DNA of 64,000 nt, from positions 566,923 to 630,922 of the forward strand of contig CAVUUE010000003.1 in NCBI GenBank assembly GCA_963744615.1, written 5' to 3'. The translations under genes and the position numbers were made by a program. Of this stretch, positions 35,608-44,313 are shown one piece after another; within the stretch, counting starts at the first letter, position 1; each line of letters starts with the position of its first letter. The notes below the pieces were generated by a model, which saw only the letters and a list, made by a program, of their open reading frames with translations, was not told the origin of the DNA and ran no database searches. This DNA is from an uncultured Acidobacteriota bacterium. GTDB lineage: Bacteria; Acidobacteriota; Terriglobia; Terriglobales; Acidobacteriaceae.

Positions 35608-35647
35608 TGCCCCATTCTAGCCGCGTTTTAGTGCGGCTAGGGTGGGA
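35605..35647 (+). repeat. GGGTGCCCCA-family hairpin repeat, copy 7
   Basis: CCCATTCTAGCCGC gttttagt GCGGCTAGGGTGGG, the same stem as copy 6. Confidence 0.8.
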
Positions 35648-35712
35648 TGAACAAGGATCGCCCGCGTACCCCGTTCCAATGACGGACTCAAAAGAATGCG
35701 GGTGTCAGATTC

Positions 35713-37038
35713 TCAACCCCGAATCCCTTCCCCCGCCACCTTAGGGCAAAACCTCAGGAACAGAGACCCCAGAATCGCCGCCAGCGCCGAAGCCGACAAA
35801 ATCCCGATCTTCGCCAGCATGTCCTCATGCCCGGCGCCAAACGCCAGCGCGGAAATGAACAACGACATCGTAAATCCGATCCCCGCCAGCCAGCTCGCCG
35901 CATGCAGATGCTTCCACGAAACCCCTTCCGGCAGATGCGCCACCCCAAACCGCACCGCAATCCAGGAAAAAAGCATAATCCCCAAAGGCTTCCCAAACAG
36001 CAGCCCAAGGAAAATCCCATGCACCGCGGGATCGAGCAGATCGCTCGACCGAATTCCGCCCAGCCGAACGCCCGCATTCGTCAGCGCAAACAACGGCATG
36101 ATGAAAAATGCCACCCACGGCTCCAGGCCCCGCTCCAGCCGCAGCAGCGGAGCCTCCACCAGGTGCGATTGCATCTGCAGCCGGATGAACGCCGCCCGCG
36201 CCCTCCTCGTCCCATATCCATGGCGCGCATTCGCATCCTCCACGGTTCGCAGCTCTTCTCGCGACCGCCGCAGAAATTCCGGTGTATCCAGGTACCGGTT
36301 CGCCGGGATGACAAACGCCACCAGAATTCCGGCCAGCGTAGGATGAACCCCCGACCGCAGCATGCAATACCACACCGCAATCCCAATCGCCAGATACACG
36401 CTCACATGCGTGACCCCGATGCGATTCGCCACCGCACCCACAGCAAGAAAAACAAACGCCGCCCCGAGCATCTCCCAATGCATGCGCGTCGTGTAGAAAA
36501 TCCCGATCACCAGCACCGCCGCAATATCATCCACAATCGCGAGCGCCGTCAAAAAAACCTTGAGCCCGACCGGCACCCGGCTCCCCGACAGCGCCAGAAT
36601 CCCAAGCGCAAACGCAATGTCGGTCGCCATCGGAATGCCCCATCCGCCCGATGTCGCCCGCCCATGGTTCAGCAGCGCATAGATGCATGCCGGAAAGATC
36701 ACCCCGCCCATCGCCGCCAGCACCGGCAGCGCTGCCAGCCGAACCGACGACAACTCCCCGACCAGCAGTTCATGCTTTATCTCCAGGCCGGCAAACAAAA
36801 AGAAAACGGCCATCAGGCCGTCGTTGATCCAGTAATGCACATCCTCCGACAGTCGCAAATGGCCGAACCCGATCGTTATCGGAACATGCAGCAAGGAAGC
36901 GTAAAAATTCCCCCAGGAAGAATTCGCCCACACGATCGCAATAATCGCGCAGGCCACCAGCACCATCCCACCCGCGCTTTCAATCCCGGCAAAACGCAGA
37001 AACGGCCGCGCCCAACGCGCTATCGGACGACGCGCCAC
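35713..37038 (-). CDS. nhaA: Na+/H+ antiporter NhaA
   Basis: The protein is NhaA-like over its full length ('LLVGELS', 'ALAIVDDI', 'GILAGI...'). Confidence 0.95.
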   Translation of the reverse strand: MARRPIARWARPFLRFAGIESAGGMVLVACAIIAIVWANSSWGNFYASLLHVPITIGFGHLRLSEDVHYWINDGLMAVFFLFAGLEIKHELLVGELSSVRLAALPVLAAMGGVIFPACIYALLNHGRATSGGWGIPMATDIAFALGILALSGSRVPVGLKVFLTALAIVDDIAAVLVIGIFYTTRMHWEMLGAAFVFLAVGAVANRIGVTHVSVYLAIGIAVWYCMLRSGVHPTLAGILVAFVIPANRYLDTPEFLRRSREELRTVEDANARHGYGTRRARAAFIRLQMQSHLVEAPLLRLERGLEPWVAFFIMPLFALTNAGVRLGGIRSSDLLDPAVHGIFLGLLFGKPLGIMLFSWIAVRFGVAHLPEGVSWKHLHAASWLAGIGFTMSLFISALAFGAGHEDMLAKIGILSASALAAILGSLFLRFCPKVAGEGIRG

Positions 37039-37090
37039 ACGAATTTTCTTCCTGCTCAGAATGTCCCTCCCAACCTGAATCGATTCCGCC

Positions 37091-38266
37091 CTACAAATTC
37101 AATCCGCGAAGCCGCTCACAGGCCTCCGCCAGCGGCGCATCCTTTTTCGCATAGCAGAACCGCAGCAGATTCTCCCCACGCCCGCTCGTAAAAAACGCGC
37201 TCCCCGCCACCGCCGCCACGCCGCAGCGCGCCAGCAGCGCCCGCGCCTTCTCCCGCGCATTCGCTCCCGGCACCCGCGATGCATCCGCCAGAATGTAATA
37301 CGCCCCATCCGGAATCGAAGGAGTGAGCCCTGCCGCCGTCAGCGCATCCACCAGCTGGTCGCGCTTGCCCTCATATTCGAGCGCCAGCCCGCGATAAAAA
37401 TCGTCCCCCAAGGCAAGCAGCCCCGCCGCCGCCCCATGCTGCAACGGCGCAGGCGCGCACACATACGTCAGATCGTGAAAATATCCGATCGCCGGAATCC
37501 ACCGCGGGTCCGCCGCCAAATACCCCAGCCGCCAGCCCGTCACGCTGAACGTCTTCGAGAATCCCGACATCGTAATCGTCCGCTCGGCCATCCCCGGCAG
37601 CGACCCAAAACTCACATGCTCCGCCCCGCCGCACAAAAAATATTCGTAGATCTCATCCGTAATTACGAACAGATCATGCCGCTCCGCCAGCGCCGCAATC
37701 CCCTCCAGCTCCGCCCGCGTAAACACCTTGCCGCTGGGATTACAAGGCGTGTTGATCACCATCGCCCGCGTCTTCCCCGTGATCGCCTTCGCCACCCGGT
37801 CAAAGTCGACCTCCCACCGCGGCCCCTCCAGCTCCACCGTCACCGGCACCGCCCGCATCGACTGCAGTGTGTTCCGGTGATAGCCGTAAAACGGCTCGAA
37901 CAGCAGCACCTCATCGCCCGCATTCAACAGCGCCATGCACGCCGCGTGGAACGCCCCCGTAGCCCCCGACGTAACCAGCACCCCCGTCTCCGGATCGCAC
38001 TCCATGCGGTTATACCGCGCCAGCTTCCGCGCAATCGCCTCCCGCAACGCCGCAATCCCATCGGCCCGCGTATAAATATTCCGCCCCTCGAGAATCGCCG
38101 CGATCGCGCCCTCAACCACCGGCGCCGGTGCCTCCGTATCGCAAACACCCTGCGCCAGGTTGATCCCGCCCACCCGGTCGCTTTCGACCGACATGGCGCG
38201 AATCTCCGACTGCATAGCATTCGCTGAAAGTTCGCTCAATCTCAGGCTCGCCGTAGATATCGACAT
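37091..38266 (-). CDS. class I/II PLP-dependent aminotransferase
   Basis: 'INLAQG', 'PFYGYH', 'INTPCNPSGKV' and 'SGFSKTFSVTGWRLGY' (the PLP Lys motif) are present. Confidence 0.9.
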   Translation of the reverse strand: MSISTASLRLSELSANAMQSEIRAMSVESDRVGGINLAQGVCDTEAPAPVVEGAIAAILEGRNIYTRADGIAALREAIARKLARYNRMECDPETGVLVTSGATGAFHAACMALLNAGDEVLLFEPFYGYHRNTLQSMRAVPVTVELEGPRWEVDFDRVAKAITGKTRAMVINTPCNPSGKVFTRAELEGIAALAERHDLFVITDEIYEYFLCGGAEHVSFGSLPGMAERTITMSGFSKTFSVTGWRLGYLAADPRWIPAIGYFHDLTYVCAPAPLQHGAAAGLLALGDDFYRGLALEYEGKRDQLVDALTAAGLTPSIPDGAYYILADASRVPGANAREKARALLARCGVAAVAGSAFFTSGRGENLLRFCYAKKDAPLAEACERLRGLNL

Positions 38267-38350
38267 TTGCTTCGAAGTCTACCGCGCCCGGCCCCGCCCC
38301 GCCAATCGCCCCCCATGCGACAATCCCGCCGGGAAATTCCCGCTGCAAAT

Positions 38351-38368
38351 TCATATTCTTTTCACCTT
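38351..38368 (+). promoter_or_regulatory. candidate Pho box upstream of pstS
   Basis: aTTCATA-ttct-TTTCACc has 7+4+7 direct-repeat architecture resembling the E. coli CTGTCAT-N4-CTGTCAY box. The related 'TCATATTC..TTTTCCAC' lies at 38433-38450. Confidence 0.3.
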
Positions 38369-38466
38369 GATGCCGTAAAAGGAAGAGGCAAGTGTCCCAA
38401 GCAGGGTAGCGCCCACCCCCCGGGTCCATCCCTCATATTCGATTTTCCACAGAAGAGGATTCTTCT

Positions 38467-39489
38467 ATGATTCGTCGCCTCCTCGCACTGGCCCTCATCA
38501 CCACCGCCGGCGCTTTCGCGCAAACCGTTTCGCTCACCGGAGCGGGATCGACCTTTGCCTATCCCCTCTATTCCAGCTGGGCCAGCCAGTACAACAAGCT
38601 GCACTCCAACGTGCAGATCAATTACCAGTCGATCGGCTCCGGCGGCGGCATCCGCCAGCTCATCGCCGGCACCGTCGACTTCGGCGCCACCGACGGTCCT
38701 ATGACAGACAAAGAACTCGCCGAAGCCCAGCAGAAACGCGGCTTCGCCATCCTCCATTTCCCAACCGCCCTCGGCGCAGACGTGCCCTCCTACAACATCC
38801 CCGGCGTGTCCGCGCAGTTGAAATTTACCCCCGCCGCCCTGGCCGGCATTTATCTCGGACACATCACCAAATGGAATGATCCCGAGATTCAAAAATCCAA
38901 CCCCGGCGTCAAGCTCCCGAACACCGGCATCATCGTCGTCCACCGCTCCGACGGCTCCGGCACCACCTACTGCTGGGTCGACTATCTCGCCAAAGTCAGT
39001 CCGGAGTGGAAGAGCAAAGTCGGCGTCGGCACCTCCGTCAACTGGCCCGTCGGCCTCGGCGGAAAGGGCAATGAGGGCGTCAGCGGCCTCATCCGCCGCC
39101 TTCCCAACTCCATCGGCTACATTGAGCTGATCTACTCCATCCAAAATCACATCCTCTACGGCGACGTCAGAAACAGCTCCGGCAACTTCGTCAAGGCCAG
39201 CCTCAACTCCGTAACCGCTGCCGCCGCCGGAGCCACCAAAACCATGCCCGCCGACTTCCGCGTCTCCATCACCAATCCCCCGGGAGCCCAGGCCTATCCC
39301 ATCTCCACCTACACCTGGCTGCTGATCCCGGAAAAAATGAACGACCAGACCAAAGCCAAAGCGCTTAAGGCCTTCCTGCAATGGGCCCTCACCGCCGGCC
39401 AGCAGTACAACACGCCGCTCGCCTACGCCCCGCTCCCCGGAGCAGTCGTGCAAAAGGAATTAGTACAGATGAAAAAATTGCAATATTGA
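38467..39489 (+). CDS. pstS: phosphate ABC transporter substrate-binding protein
   Basis: A signal peptide is present, with 'GAGSTFAYPLY', 'YQSIGSGGGI' and 'GSGTT'. Confidence 0.95.
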   Translation: MIRRLLALALITTAGAFAQTVSLTGAGSTFAYPLYSSWASQYNKLHSNVQINYQSIGSGGGIRQLIAGTVDFGATDGPMTDKELAEAQQKRGFAILHFPTALGADVPSYNIPGVSAQLKFTPAALAGIYLGHITKWNDPEIQKSNPGVKLPNTGIIVVHRSDGSGTTYCWVDYLAKVSPEWKSKVGVGTSVNWPVGLGGKGNEGVSGLIRRLPNSIGYIELIYSIQNHILYGDVRNSSGNFVKASLNSVTAAAAGATKTMPADFRVSITNPPGAQAYPISTYTWLLIPEKMNDQTKAKALKAFLQWALTAGQQYNTPLAYAPLPGAVVQKELVQMKKLQY

Positions 39490-39507
39490 AGATAAGAAAA
39501 ATGCCGA

Positions 39508-39545
39508 CTGTATCCCATTCAAGCCGTCTTCTGGCTTGAGTGGGA
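39508..39545 (+). repeat. GGGTGCCCCA-family hairpin repeat, copy 8 (5' arm degenerate)
   Basis: CTGTATCCCATTCAAGCC gtcttct GGCTTGAGTGGGA. Confidence 0.75.
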
Positions 39546-39560
39546 TTTAAAAATCCAGAC

Positions 39561-39597
39561 GGTGCCCCATTCAAGCCGTCTTTTGGCTTGAGTGGGA
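39561..39597 (+). repeat. GGGTGCCCCA-family hairpin repeat, copy 9 (tandem with copy 8)
   Basis: GGTGCCCCATTCAAGCC gtctttt GGCTTGAGTGGGA, about 52 nt after copy 8. Confidence 0.8.
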
Positions 39598-39622
39598 TTG
39601 AAATCTCAGCAGGAGCAACAAA

Positions 39623-40612
39623 ATGGGCAACCTCGTACTAACCAGCCCGGGCCGTCCAATCCCGTCCCGGGGCCTTGACAAAAAACAGTCCATCTTTGAA
39701 CGCCTCCGCAAGGGCGACGAAATCGTCCATCTCATCACCCTCGCCGGCGGATGGTCGATCATCGTCATCACCGCCCTGCTCGTCCAGCACCTCTGGGTCT
39801 ACTCCCGCATCGCCCGTCACACCTTCGGCTGGCATTTCCTTTTCACCAGCACCTGGGACCCCGTCAACGGCCTCTTTGGAGCGTGGCCCTTTGTCTACGG
39901 AACCCTGGTTACCTCTGCTCTCGCGCTCATCATCGCCATCCCCATCGGCCTCGGCTCCGCCATCTTTCTCGCCGAACTGGCCCCGCGCGAAATTTCCAAC
40001 GCGCTCACTTTTTTAATCGAGCTGCTCGCCGCCGTCCCCAGCGTCGTCTACGGACTGGTCGGCATCTTTCTCCTCATTCCCCTGTTGAGCTCCTTCATGC
40101 CGTACTTCCAGAAAGCCTTCGGCTGGCTTCCCATCTTTCAGGGAACGTTCTATGGCGTCAGCTATTTCTCCGCCTCCGTCGTGCTCGCCATCATGGTCGT
40201 GCCCTTCATCGTCTCCATCTCCCGGGAAGTTCTGCTGGCCGTGCCCGTCTCTCAACGCGAAGCGATGATGGCTCTCGGTGCGACGAAATGGGAAGTCACC
40301 TGGCGCGCCGTCGTTCCCTATGCCCGCCCCGGCATCATGGGCTCCATCTTTCTCGCGCTCGCCCGCGCCCTCGGCGAAACCATGGCCGTCACCATGGTCA
40401 TCGGCAACGTCCCCCAGATCTCCACCTCGCTGCTCGCGCCCGGCTACACCATCGCCGCCGTCATCGCCAACGAATTCACCGAGGCCACCGGCGACCTCTA
40501 CCTGCACGCCTTAATCGAACTCGGCCTCGTCCTCTTCGCCGTCACCATGATCATCAACGCCCTCGCCCGCCTCCTCATGCTCACCATGAAATCCCACGAG
40601 GTAACCGCATGA
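39623..40612 (+). CDS. pstC: phosphate ABC transporter permease PstC
   Basis: The permease has an EAA-type loop ('REAMMALGATKWE'). AGGAGC lies upstream of the ATG. Confidence 0.95.
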   Translation: MGNLVLTSPGRPIPSRGLDKKQSIFERLRKGDEIVHLITLAGGWSIIVITALLVQHLWVYSRIARHTFGWHFLFTSTWDPVNGLFGAWPFVYGTLVTSALALIIAIPIGLGSAIFLAELAPREISNALTFLIELLAAVPSVVYGLVGIFLLIPLLSSFMPYFQKAFGWLPIFQGTFYGVSYFSASVVLAIMVVPFIVSISREVLLAVPVSQREAMMALGATKWEVTWRAVVPYARPGIMGSIFLALARALGETMAVTMVIGNVPQISTSLLAPGYTIAAVIANEFTEATGDLYLHALIELGLVLFAVTMIINALARLLMLTMKSHEVTA

Positions 40613-40639
40613 GCACCCCGTCCCGGCTCGAAAAACCCC

Positions 40640-40670
40640 GGGTGCCCCAGGTATGCGGAGCTTACCTGGG
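40640..40670 (+). repeat. GGGTGCCCCA-family hairpin repeat, copy 10 (short-stem variant)
   Basis: GGGTGC CCCAGGTA tgcggagct TACCTGGG, an 8-bp stem. Confidence 0.7.
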
Positions 40671-40682
40671 TCTTACCCCCCC

Positions 40683-41519
40683 ATGCCCCGCAAAATCGTA
40701 AACGCCGTCATGCTCACCCTCACCGGCCTCTGCACCCTGCTGGTCGTCGCCGTGCTCTTCACCATCCTCGCCTACCTGCTCTGGCACGGCGCCCGCGCGC
40801 TCAATCTCGACTTTTTCATCAAGCTCCCCGCGCCCGTCGGCCAGCCCGGCGGCGGCGTCGCCAATGCCATCCTCGGCACCGTCAAGCTGCTCCTCCTCGC
40901 CACCGCCATCGGCGTTCCCATCGGCCTCATCGGCGGCATCTATCTGTCGGAGTTTGCCGGCGGCTGGTCCGGCTTCACCGTCCGTTACACCACGGACCTG
41001 CTCAACGGCGTGCCTTCGGTCGTCATGGGCATCTTCGTCTACACCCTCGTCGTTCTCCCCATGCACCACTTCTCAACCCTCGCCGGCGGCGTCGCCCTCG
41101 GCATTATGATGATCCCCATCGCGCTGCGCAGCACCGAGGATTTTCTCCGCGCCGTTCCCCGCAGCCTGCGGGAAGGCGGCCTCGCCCTCGGCGCCAGCAA
41201 GTCGGAAACAATCTTCACCATCGTCATCCCCGCCGCCATCTACGGCATCATCACCGGCATCATGCTGGACATCGCCCGCGTCGCCGGCGAAACCGCTCCG
41301 CTCCTGTTTACCGCCTTCGGCAACCAGTTCAACAGCCCCGGCTGGATGCAGCCCACAGCCTCGCTCCCGGTCGTCATCTACAACTACGCCATCTCTCCCT
41401 ATGACGAGTGGCACCAGCAGGCCTGGGCCGCGGGCTTCGTGCTACTCTCAGGATTGTTGGTGGTCAGCATCGCCGCCCGGCTGATTCTGGCCCGTGGAAA
41501 GAAGCTGTCCCATGGCTAG
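40683..41519 (+). CDS. pstA: phosphate ABC transporter permease PstA
   Basis: ATG at 40683 ('MPRKIVNAV'). The loop '[14 protein letters not shown]' is present. Confidence 0.95.
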   Translation: MPRKIVNAVMLTLTGLCTLLVVAVLFTILAYLLWHGARALNLDFFIKLPAPVGQPGGGVANAILGTVKLLLLATAIGVPIGLIGGIYLSEFAGGWSGFTVRYTTDLLNGVPSVVMGIFVYTLVVLPMHHFSTLAGGVALGIMMIPIALRSTEDFLRAVPRSLREGGLALGASKSETIFTIVIPAAIYGIITGIMLDIARVAGETAPLLFTAFGNQFNSPGWMQPTASLPVVIYNYAISPYDEWHQQAWAAGFVLLSGLLVVSIAARLILARGKKLSHG

Positions 41520-41534
41520 CTTCGGAAATAACGC

Positions 41535-41604
41535 GTCATCCCGACCGAAACGCAGCGAAATGGAGGGCCATGCTCCTGTCTCTCGCGACAGGAATGCCGA
41601 TTCG
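41535..41604 (+). repeat. intergenic repeat-like element with CCTGTC-N6-GACAGG hairpin (pstA-pstB junction)
   Basis: GTCATCCCGACCGAAACGCAGCGAAATGGAGGG... is followed by a hairpin at 41575-41592. By eye it resembles 9803..9834. Confidence 0.4.
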
Positions 41605-41625
41605 TCCCAATCGCCGGGTTCAACA

Positions 41626-42456
41626 ATGAAGCCATTCGATCTCAGTCAGCTGTCCAAAGCCCACGAAACCCGTTTTGCGGGAAAAGACGGCGCAGAAGAA
41701 CAACTGCCCTGGCCGCAGTTCACCGTGGCCGACCTCAACTTCTTTTACGGCCATCACCAGGCGCTCAAAAACATCAATTTGATTGTTCCCAATAAGCGCG
41801 TAACCGCCTTCATCGGGCCCTCCGGCTGCGGCAAGACCACCCTTCTCCGAACCTTCAACCGGATGAACGAGACCATTCCCGGCACCCGCGTGGAAGGCGA
41901 CATCCGTCTCGGCGATCGCGACCTGTTCAGTATTCCCCCCACCACCCTGCGTCGCGTGGTCGGCATGGTCTTCCAGAAACCCACGCCGTTCCCCAAATCT
42001 ATCTTCGACAACGTTGCCTACGGCCTGCGCCTGGAACACCGGCTCACCCGCCGCGCAATCGCCGACAAGGTCGAGCAGAGCCTGCGCCGCGCCGCCCTGT
42101 GGGATGAAGTGAAAGATAAGCTCAACCAGTCCGCCAACGGAATCTCCGGCGGCCAGCAGCAGCGCCTCTGCATTGCCCGCGCCCTGGCCGTCGATCCGGA
42201 AGTCCTCCTGCTCGACGAGCCTTGCTCCGCCCTCGATCCTATCTCCACCGCGAAAATCGAAGACCTCCTGTTTGAGATCAAGAACACCTGCACCATCATC
42301 ATGGTCACCCACAACATGCTCCAGGCCGCCCGCGTCGCCGACTACGTAGGCTTCTTCCTCGCCGGCGAATTGATTGAACTGAACCGCGCCCGGCAGATCT
42401 TCCAGAACCCGGAAAAACAGCAGACCCAGGACTACATAACCGGCCGCTTCGGCTGA
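41626..42456 (+). CDS. pstB: phosphate ABC transporter ATP-binding protein
   Basis: ATG at 41626. 'GPSGCGKTT', 'LSGGQQQRL' and '[12 protein letters not shown]' are present. Confidence 0.95.
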   Translation: MKPFDLSQLSKAHETRFAGKDGAEEQLPWPQFTVADLNFFYGHHQALKNINLIVPNKRVTAFIGPSGCGKTTLLRTFNRMNETIPGTRVEGDIRLGDRDLFSIPPTTLRRVVGMVFQKPTPFPKSIFDNVAYGLRLEHRLTRRAIADKVEQSLRRAALWDEVKDKLNQSANGISGGQQQRLCIARALAVDPEVLLLDEPCSALDPISTAKIEDLLFEIKNTCTIIMVTHNMLQAARVADYVGFFLAGELIELNRARQIFQNPEKQQTQDYITGRFG

Positions 42457-42513
42457 TAAGCAACCCCAAACGACAGCCCCCGACCCGCCCGCCTCACCCG
42501 CAAGCGCAGGGAG

Positions 42514-42640
42514 ACCCCCCGGCAGAGCCGCGGGATTAAGCCCTGCAGATAAACCCCCGGCAGAGCCGGAGGAATAAGCATTCCGGTAGACCCCGGCTTT
42601 AGCGAGGGATAAGCGCAGCCAAGCATCGCGCTTTAGCGCC
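42514..42640 (+). repeat. three direct ~27-nt units (CCCCCGGCAGAGCCG.GG.AT.AAGC) plus small GC hairpins
   Basis: The units lie at about 42514-42541, 42552-42579 and 42589-42614. The CCGGC-aga-GCCGG and GCGC-ttta-GCGC hairpins are also present. Confidence 0.6.
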
Positions 42641-42920
42641 TGAGGTAGTATTTCGCTCAGCCGGGGGAGATTCGACTGTCCGGTTTCGCACACCGCATTT
42701 TCGAAAAAAACACCTGTTTTCGCGCGCTACGTAACTGCCACGGATTCCGCGACATGGACTCCTAAACCTTTAGGACACGTCTAAAAAAAAGACCTGCATT
42801 TCAACCCCGAAACCGGGGGAATTTGCTTCTTTAGTAACGGGCGCGACCCCTGGCATCGCGAAAAACATTCGCCTCTGGCGACCTCGCAATCCCCTTTAGA
42901 TCGCCCAACTTCACGCCAAA

Positions 42921-42936
42921 ATCGAATTAATTCGAT
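42921..42936. promoter_or_regulatory. perfect 16-bp palindrome ATCGAATTAATTCGAT (candidate operator)
   Basis: It is an exact inverted repeat in an AT-richer non-coding stretch, about 200 nt upstream of galK. Confidence 0.3.
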
Positions 42937-43137
42937 CCCGCGCTGGCGCACTTCCGCTTCCGGGTAGGTAGAATAGAGCCAGGACAAGCCACCCCCCAAA
43001 ACAGATCCCAAGGTGTTTCGATCGATCATGAATTGTTTTTTTGTTTCTCTCAAAAACAAAACTGCACCAAAAACGGGCATCGAAATTCTCCGACGTGAAC
43101 CCTCGAGATTCCCACGCAGTCTGCAAAGGCGCGCCGG

Positions 43138-44295
43138 GTGAGCCATACCGCTCCTGATTTCCAGACAATCCACCGAGAACGTTTCGGCTCCGCGGGCGCA
43201 GCATTTCAAGCCCCCGGCCGCGTCAACCTGATTGGCGAACATACCGACACCAGCGAAGGCTACGTCATGCCAGCCGCGCTCGATCTGCGCACGGTCTCCG
43301 TCCTCAGTCCGCGCAAAGATTCCACCGCAAAAATCTACTCCAAAAACTTCGACGAACAGGTCAGCATCGACCTTCGTGAGTTGCCCGCAACCCCGCGTAA
43401 ACACTGGAGCGATTACCCAATCTCCGTTCTATGGAGCCTCGCGCAACGTGGCATCAGCAGCGGCGGATTCGACATGACGATTTCCGGCAATGTGCCGCTA
43501 GGCTCCGGCCTGAGCTCCTCCGCTTCCGTAGAGGTCGCCGTCGCAACCGCCGTCCTCGCGCACGCCGAAATCGCGCTCGAAAAGCAGGAGATTCCGAAGA
43601 TTTGTCAGTTCGCGGAGAACAATTTCATCGGCACCCAGAGCGGCATCATGGACCCGTTCGCGTCCTGCTGCGGAGTTGAAGGACACGCGCTTCTGCTCGA
43701 TTGCCGCTCGCTCGAATACGAAGCATTGCCGCTGCCCAAGCAGGTGATGATGGTCATCTGCAACACCATGGTGAAGCATTCGTTATCCGATGGCGGCGAC
43801 TACAATCTGCGCCGCCGCGAAGTGCAGCAAGGGGTAAAGATTCTCCAGCAATATCATCCGCAACTCCGCGTCCTGCGCGATGTAACGGAGCAGGAATTAC
43901 TCGCCCATAAGAGTGAAATGCCGGAGAACGTCTTCCGCCGCTGCCTTCACGTGGTGACAGAGAACTGCCGTGTAATCGAAGCCGCCGAAGCCCTGCGGCA
44001 GCACGATTTCTCAAGCTTCGGAAGGCTGATGCATCAAGCCCATGTGAGCATGAGAGACAACTATGAGGCCAGTTGTGCCGAGGCAGACACAATGGTCGAA
44101 CTGGCGTCAAAACAGCCTGGTTGCTACGGCGCGCGCATTACCGGCGCCGGGTTCGGCGGCTGCACAGTGAACCTGGTCGCGGCAGAACAGGCCGATGCGT
44201 TCGTCCAGAACGTTCGCGAAGGCTATGAAAAGGCCACGGGCATCAAAGCCGAGATCTATCTGTCGCGAGCATCCGCAGGCGCCGGCCCGTGTTGA
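43138..44295 (+). CDS. galK: galactokinase
   Basis: 'GRVNLIGEHTD', 'GSGLSSSAS' and 'GAGFGGC' are present. GTG start. Confidence 0.9.
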   Translation: MSHTAPDFQTIHRERFGSAGAAFQAPGRVNLIGEHTDTSEGYVMPAALDLRTVSVLSPRKDSTAKIYSKNFDEQVSIDLRELPATPRKHWSDYPISVLWSLAQRGISSGGFDMTISGNVPLGSGLSSSASVEVAVATAVLAHAEIALEKQEIPKICQFAENNFIGTQSGIMDPFASCCGVEGHALLLDCRSLEYEALPLPKQVMMVICNTMVKHSLSDGGDYNLRRREVQQGVKILQQYHPQLRVLRDVTEQELLAHKSEMPENVFRRCLHVVTENCRVIEAAEALRQHDFSSFGRLMHQAHVSMRDNYEASCAEADTMVELASKQPGCYGARITGAGFGGCTVNLVAAEQADAFVQNVREGYEKATGIKAEIYLSRASAGAGPC

Positions 44296-44313
44296 GCAAT
44301 TGAAGGTGCAGGT

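Noticed and set aside
40653-40682. An upstream alternative start for pstA (40653) and long N-terminal extensions for pstB (41494), pgk (3727) and gap (7956).
   Set aside because: The extensions fall inside repeat elements or lack conservation-like sequence. Internal ATGs give N-termini typical of the families.
43035-43062. An AU-rich hairpin upstream of galK as a terminator or sRNA.
   Set aside because: There are only about 8 A-T/G-C pairs with a mismatch-prone alignment and no flanking conservation evidence. It is mentioned only as part of the long intergenic region finding.
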